Below the pieces are notes generated by a model, which ran no database searches, was not told the origin of the DNA, and saw nothing but the letters and a program-made list of their open reading frames with translations. Made by a program: the position numbers and the translations under genes. This document shows positions 20,043-24,000 of a DNA stretch of 24,000 bases, one piece after another; the stretch's first letter is position 1; every line of letters begins with the position of its first letter. This DNA is from an uncultured Pseudohongiella sp. (lineage in GTDB: Bacteria; Pseudomonadota; Gammaproteobacteria; Pseudomonadales; Pseudohongiellaceae), in the NCBI GenBank assembly GCA_965222175.1, contig OZ244938.1:2924409-2948408 (forward strand), read 5' to 3'.

Positions 20043-20216
20043 GGAACCCCTGAACAACCACGGTAATCACAGTATTTCAATAACCACTCAGAAGTTTCTT
20101 TATCTTCCTGACCCATGCTACCCCACCCCTCTTCCCCGACCCGCAGTCGTGAGTCAGGTGCCGACCCGGCCAGATTTCCCAGCGATGAGTCGCCACCAAA
20201 GAATGGCATACATAGC

Positions 20217-20232
20217 AGGCACGGAACTTGCT
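20217..20232 (+). promoter_or_regulatory. Candidate sigma-54 (-24/-12) promoter: aGGCACGgaacTTGCT
   Basis: Read directly. GG is at 20218-20219 and GC at 20230-20231, which is the canonical spacing. The match to the consensus TGGCACG-N4-TTGCW fails only at the first T. The site is 278 nt upstream of the rpoN ATG. No other comparable match was seen by eye in the window. Confidence 0.5.
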
Positions 20233-20309
20233 ATACTACCGTCGGACCTGCTGCTGCAGGCCAACAGTTTTTTATTCGAGGACCCTCTGATTCATTATGG
20301 AAATACTCC

Positions 20310-20405
20310 GGCTTCCAGGTGAGTGCACTGACGAAGCGCCTTGCCGCCGACATGCGTCGGCCTGTCAAGACGAGGCAGCGAAGGCAGAGGACGCGCCTGG
20401 AAGCC
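20310..20405 (+). other. GC-rich structured element: a perfect 10-bp long-range inverted repeat enclosing a perfect 6-bp/4-nt hairpin
   Basis: ggcttccagg (20310-20319) is the exact reverse complement of cctggaagcc (20396-20405). Inside it, gccgac-atgc-gtcggc (20346-20361) is a perfect hairpin. TTGCC (20341-20345) can pair with either of the two GGCAG copies in ggcagcgaaggcag downstream. Confidence 0.5.
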
Positions 20406-20509
20406 CCGACCGGCGGAGTCTGGGCATAATCAATCAGTGGGTCCTTCAGTTTACGAAATATAAATAGTTACCTTTATTAACCCGGGATAATTCCGCAAAC
20501 GAGCGACAC

Positions 20510-21997
20510 ATGAAACTATCGCTTCAGCTCAAGCTTGGTCAGCAGTTGACAATGACCCCTCAGCTGCAGCAGGCGATAAAACTTCTGCAGCTATCGACTC
20601 TGGATTTACAGCAGGAAATCCACCAGGTTCTGGAATCGAACCCGATGCTGGAAATGGTGGAGGAGAATGAAGAAACCGGCGAAGATAACCGCCTGAACGA
20701 GCCTGAAAACACGGCGGGCCAGGACAAAAATAAGACCGATGCATCAGATGGTGACAGCAGCGAGTGGTCAGAAACGATCCCTGGAGACCTTGCGGTAGAC
20801 ACCAATTGGGACGACGTTTACCAATCAACCTACACTACAGGCAGCGGCTCTGCTGATACTGATCTTCCGGACTTCGAATCCCGCAACGCCGAATCAGAAA
20901 CACTGCAGGACCATTTGCTCTGGCAGCTCAATCTTACGCCGATGTCTGACACGGACAAGGAAATCGCTTACGGCATCATAGAAGCCATTGATGCCAATGG
21001 CATGCTCACCACCGACATCCAGTCAATCCATAGTGGACTGGCCCCGGAACTGGAGGTGGAAGAAGATGAAGTTCTTGCGGTATTGCATCGGATTCAGCAA
21101 TTTGATCCCGTCGGCGTCGGCTACCGTAACCTCAGCGAATGCCTGCTGATCCAGCTCAATCAGCTGGATGCTCCGGAGCTGGCTGTCGACATCGACAATG
21201 CCAAGAACCTGGTAAGTAATCACCTGAGCCTGCTGGGAAACCGGGACTACGCCCAGATCATGCGTAGAGCCAAGCTTAAGGAACCCGAGCTTAAACGGGC
21301 TATCGCCATAATCGAAAATCTGGATCCGCGCCCCGGTTCGGATATTGCTCCACCGTCAACGACTTACGTCGTCCCCGACGTCATCGTGACCAAGCAGCCG
21401 GAGTCCGGGACGTGGCGCGTGGATTTGAATCCCGATATTGCCCCTCGACTGCGAATTAACGCCAGCTATGCGGCGATGGTGAAACGCGCTGATACCAGCG
21501 ATGTCAATAATTACCTGCGCGACAATCTGCAGGAAGCCCGCTGGTTCCTCAAGAGCCTGCAAAGCCGCAACGAGACGCTGATGAAAGTGGCCACGCGGAT
21601 CGTTGAACACCAGAAAGATTTTCTCGAGTACGGGGAAGAAGCTATGAAGCCCCTTGTACTCCACGATATCGCCGAAATGGTTGAAATGCATGAATCGACG
21701 ATTTCACGGGTCACAACGCAGAAGTACATGCACACGCCCCGTGGTATTTTCGAACTCAAGTACTTCTTTTCCAGCCATGTATCCACCGCTGGGGGTGGTG
21801 AGTGCTCGTCAACGGCGATCAGGGCAATTATCAAGAAACTCATTGCCGCTGAAAATGTCAGAAAACCACTAAGCGACAGCAAGATCACCAAACTACTCGA
21901 GGAACAGGGTATCAATGTAGCCAGGAGAACCATTGCCAAGTATCGTGAATCACTTTCGATTCCACCGTCCAACGAACGAAAGCGCCTCGTTGATTAA
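20510..21997 (+). CDS. rpoN: RNA polymerase sigma-54 factor
   Basis: 495 aa. Region I ([37 protein letters not shown]), an acidic region II and the C-terminal RpoN box ([21 protein letters not shown]) are all present. Confidence 0.97.
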   Translation: MKLSLQLKLGQQLTMTPQLQQAIKLLQLSTLDLQQEIHQVLESNPMLEMVEENEETGEDNRLNEPENTAGQDKNKTDASDGDSSEWSETIPGDLAVDTNWDDVYQSTYTTGSGSADTDLPDFESRNAESETLQDHLLWQLNLTPMSDTDKEIAYGIIEAIDANGMLTTDIQSIHSGLAPELEVEEDEVLAVLHRIQQFDPVGVGYRNLSECLLIQLNQLDAPELAVDIDNAKNLVSNHLSLLGNRDYAQIMRRAKLKEPELKRAIAIIENLDPRPGSDIAPPSTTYVVPDVIVTKQPESGTWRVDLNPDIAPRLRINASYAAMVKRADTSDVNNYLRDNLQEARWFLKSLQSRNETLMKVATRIVEHQKDFLEYGEEAMKPLVLHDIAEMVEMHESTISRVTTQKYMHTPRGIFELKYFFSSHVSTAGGGECSSTAIRAIIKKLIAAENVRKPLSDSKITKLLEEQGINVARRTIAKYRESLSIPPSNERKRLVD

Positions 21998-22037
21998 CCA
22001 ACTGTAAGATCGGAATAATAGGAACAGATAGCTCAAC

Positions 22038-22487
22038 ATGCAATTGGAAGATATTTTAACCCCCGAGCGTTGTTTTTGTGACGTCGAGGGAGTCAGCAAG
22101 AAACGATTACTGAAAACGATCAGTGAAAAAATCGAAGAAGACGTCGGTTATCTCGACGCCAATACGTTATTCGATGCGCTGATGTCGAGAGAACGTCTGG
22201 GCAGTACGGGGCTTGGCAATGGCATAGCCATACCGCACTGCAAGCTCGCCGAGTGTCGAGAGATAATCGGTTCGATAGTTACGCTGGACACCCCGGTCGA
22301 ATTCGACGCGGTAGATTCGAATCCGGTTGATCTTCTTTTTGTACTGATTGTTCCTGACGAAGAATCGGATGAGCATGTGAAACTACTTGGACAGGTAGCC
22401 CAGTTATTCAACGATGAAAATTTCTGCCTGATAATGCGCAATACCCACGATGATGAAGATCTCTATAATGTAGCCATAACCTACTGA
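22038..22487 (+). CDS. ptsN: Nitrogen-related PTS IIA protein (EIIA-Ntr)
   Basis: 149 aa. RERLGSTGLGNGIAIPHCKL contains the phosphorylatable His context. The gene lies downstream of rpoN. Confidence 0.9.
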   Translation: MQLEDILTPERCFCDVEGVSKKRLLKTISEKIEEDVGYLDANTLFDALMSRERLGSTGLGNGIAIPHCKLAECREIIGSIVTLDTPVEFDAVDSNPVDLLFVLIVPDEESDEHVKLLGQVAQLFNDENFCLIMRNTHDDEDLYNVAITY

Positions 22488-22530
22488 TTTTACTCTCACC
22501 AGGCATGCAATTGAGCCGGGCTTAAATACC

Positions 22531-23388
22531 ATGAAACTCGTAATTATCAGCGGCAGATCAGGATCTGGCAAAAGTACGGTACTTCACATTTTGGAAGACC
22601 GGGGCTACTACTGTATCGATAACCTGCCAGCGAGCCTGTTACCCTCGCTGGCAGACCGCCTGATAACAGGACCTACGGTTAAATCCAATATAGCCGTGAG
22701 TATCGATGCGCGAAATATCTACGAAGATCTCCAGAACGTCCCGGCGATAGTCGAGGAACTTAAACAGAAACAACTGACAATTGACGTTATTTTTCTCGAC
22801 GCCAATAGCCAGACTCTGTTGAGACGATTCAGTGAGAGCCGCCGCAAGCACCCCCTGTCCAACGACAAAGTGGGGCTGAGGGAAGCGATCGACAAGGAAA
22901 CGGAATTGCTCGAAGCAATGTCATTGATGGCCAGCCTGAGCATCGACACGAGTTCCATGTCCCTGCACGACCTGCGGGACGCCATCAAAATTCGCATTGT
23001 GGAACAGTCAGATTCGGGTCTTGCCCTGTTGTTTCAGTCTTTTGGCTTCAAGAATGGAGTGCCTGTGGATGCGGATATCGTTTACGATGTCAGGTGCTTG
23101 CCCAACCCCTACTGGGAAATTCCACTGAGGTCTCTCACTGGCCTGGATGACAAGGTGGTCCAGTATCTTGATTCTCAGCAGGAAGTTCAACACATGCTTG
23201 CCGACATAAAAGATTTCCTGCAGAAGTGGTTGCCCCGCTTTGAGGACAATAACCGGTCCTATATTACGGTGGCGCTTGGCTGTACAGGCGGACAACACCG
23301 CTCTGTCTACCTGTGTGAAAAGCTGGGCAGCTATTTCAAGGACCATATCAACAATGTGCAGGTAAGACACCGGGAGTTGCCCGGATAG
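22531..23388 (+). CDS. rapZ: RNase adapter protein RapZ (YhbJ)
   Basis: 285 aa. MKLVIISGRSGSGKSTVLHILEDRGYYCIDNLP is the P-loop N-terminus, and the C-terminal motif GCTGGQHRSVY is present. Confidence 0.93.
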   Translation: MKLVIISGRSGSGKSTVLHILEDRGYYCIDNLPASLLPSLADRLITGPTVKSNIAVSIDARNIYEDLQNVPAIVEELKQKQLTIDVIFLDANSQTLLRRFSESRRKHPLSNDKVGLREAIDKETELLEAMSLMASLSIDTSSMSLHDLRDAIKIRIVEQSDSGLALLFQSFGFKNGVPVDADIVYDVRCLPNPYWEIPLRSLTGLDDKVVQYLDSQQEVQHMLADIKDFLQKWLPRFEDNNRSYITVALGCTGGQHRSVYLCEKLGSYFKDHINNVQVRHRELPG

Positions 23389-23394
23389 CCACCC

Positions 23395-23661
23395 ATGATT
23401 GAAACAACAGCGGAAATAATAAACAAGGCGGGTTTGCATGCTCGAGCAGCGTCAAAGCTGGTGTCACTGACATCAGGATTCAGCAGCACCATCAGAATTG
23501 GCAATGACAAGATGGTCGATGGCAAAAGCATTCTGTCGTTGATGATGCTGGCCGCCGTGAAAGGAACCACCCTGAAAATTGTCGCCGATGGTGACGATGA
23601 GGAGCAGGCTATCCAGGCAATAGTCGAATTGATAAAAAACAGGTTTGAAGAAGATCAATAG
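23395..23661 (+). CDS. npr: Phosphocarrier protein NPr (HPr-like, PtsO)
   Basis: 88 aa HPr fold. The active-site context is NKAGLHARAASKLV. It lies downstream of rapZ. Confidence 0.88.
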   Translation: MIETTAEIINKAGLHARAASKLVSLTSGFSSTIRIGNDKMVDGKSILSLMMLAAVKGTTLKIVADGDDEEQAIQAIVELIKNRFEEDQ

Positions 23662-23900
23662 CTGCAATTTCACCCATGGCTTCCGGCTGCGGTGCCCGCG
23701 CAGCCAACCAACTTCGACCAATTGGCCAGGGGCCTTGACCGAACCATCAAAGGTTCCCTAAATAACTGATTTTAGAGTAGAATTGGGATCACCGATTTCG
23801 GGGAACAGTTTCTGAATCGTCCCCAACGCGTCAAACCTCAATCCCCCTGGAACCGGACTTCACCAGTTTCGGGGCCTCGAAGTCGAAGGGTGCTGAAACC

Positions 23901-24000
23901 GTGTCTGAAACCATCGAAACCGTCCTGGACAAGGATCACGTGCTGGAGCTGACCAAGGCTCTGGACAGCGGATCGGTATTCCAGGTCCGGCAAATGTTGA
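23901..24000 (+). CDS. mgtE: Probable magnesium transporter MgtE, N-terminal 33 codons only (continues past the window)
   Basis: An open frame starts at GTG 23901 with aaggg 10 nt upstream. VSETIETVLDKDHVLELTKALDSGSVFQVRQML resembles MgtE N-terminal domains (L..AL.SG....VR.ML). The fragment is very short, so the call is tentative. Confidence 0.4.
   Translation, partial: MSETIETVLDKDHVLELTKALDSGSVFQVRQML

Noticed and set aside
20115-20429. 104-aa ORF (MLPHPSSPTRSRESG...) in the lptB-rpoN spacer, and the 131-aa ORF 19927-20322 overlapping the lptB 3' end
   Set aside because: The translations are R/P/S-rich and low-complexity with no RBS or homology I can recognise. One overlaps lptB out of frame. 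The region is better explained as regulatory or structured RNA.
20297-20467. Idea that the 56-codon ORF is a relic of the missing hpf (C-terminal LQFTKYK versus HPF ...RQL[IT]KHK...)
   Set aside because: The resemblance is limited to about 6 residues. The rest does not align, and the position (upstream of rpoN) is wrong. This is most likely chance.
23662-23900. M-box (Mg2+) riboswitch upstream of mgtE
   Set aside because: I could not find the conserved M-box core sequences from memory in this leader, and gammaproteobacterial mgtE genes are not known to use it. It is kept only as an unexplained leader in the findings.

Overview
This window looks like a conserved housekeeping segment of a gammaproteobacterial chromosome, about 52% GC by eye. 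Gene order resembles the E. coli and Pseudomonas yhcM/yhcB and yrbG-to-npr neighbourhoods. Genes in window order, strand in brackets:
- 1-5141 (-): petA, a fused petB-petC, rpsI, rplM and zapE.
- 5338-9058 (+): a yhcB/zapG-like gene, cysD and cysNC.
- 9095-9856 (-): a NIF3/ybgI-like gene.
- 9958-11106 (+): a degS/algW-like protease.
- 11107-15387 (-): hisD, hisG, murA, ibaG and mlaC.
- 15626-24000 (+): yrbG, kdsD, kdsC, lptC, lptA, lptB, rpoN, ptsN, rapZ, npr and the first 33 codons of a probable mgtE.

I see no transposase, integrase, phage gene, CRISPR array, toxin-antitoxin pair or recognisable defence system, and I do not think the window holds a novel multi-gene system. The departures from the canonical layout are:
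1. Cytochrome b runs in frame into cytochrome c1 with no stop codon, an fbcH-like polyprotein.
2. The lptB-rpoN spacer is 467 nt. It contains a near-consensus sigma-54 -24/-12 promoter and a GC-rich structured element.
3. hpf is missing between rpoN and ptsN.
4. mlaC is present without mlaF, mlaE, mlaD or mlaB.
5. The APS-kinase half of CysNC has lost several catalytic motifs.
6. A 9-bp tandem repeat encodes (EGS)n in the L3 sensor loop region of the DegS-like protease.

The long antisense ORFs in the track are shadow ORFs of the real genes.
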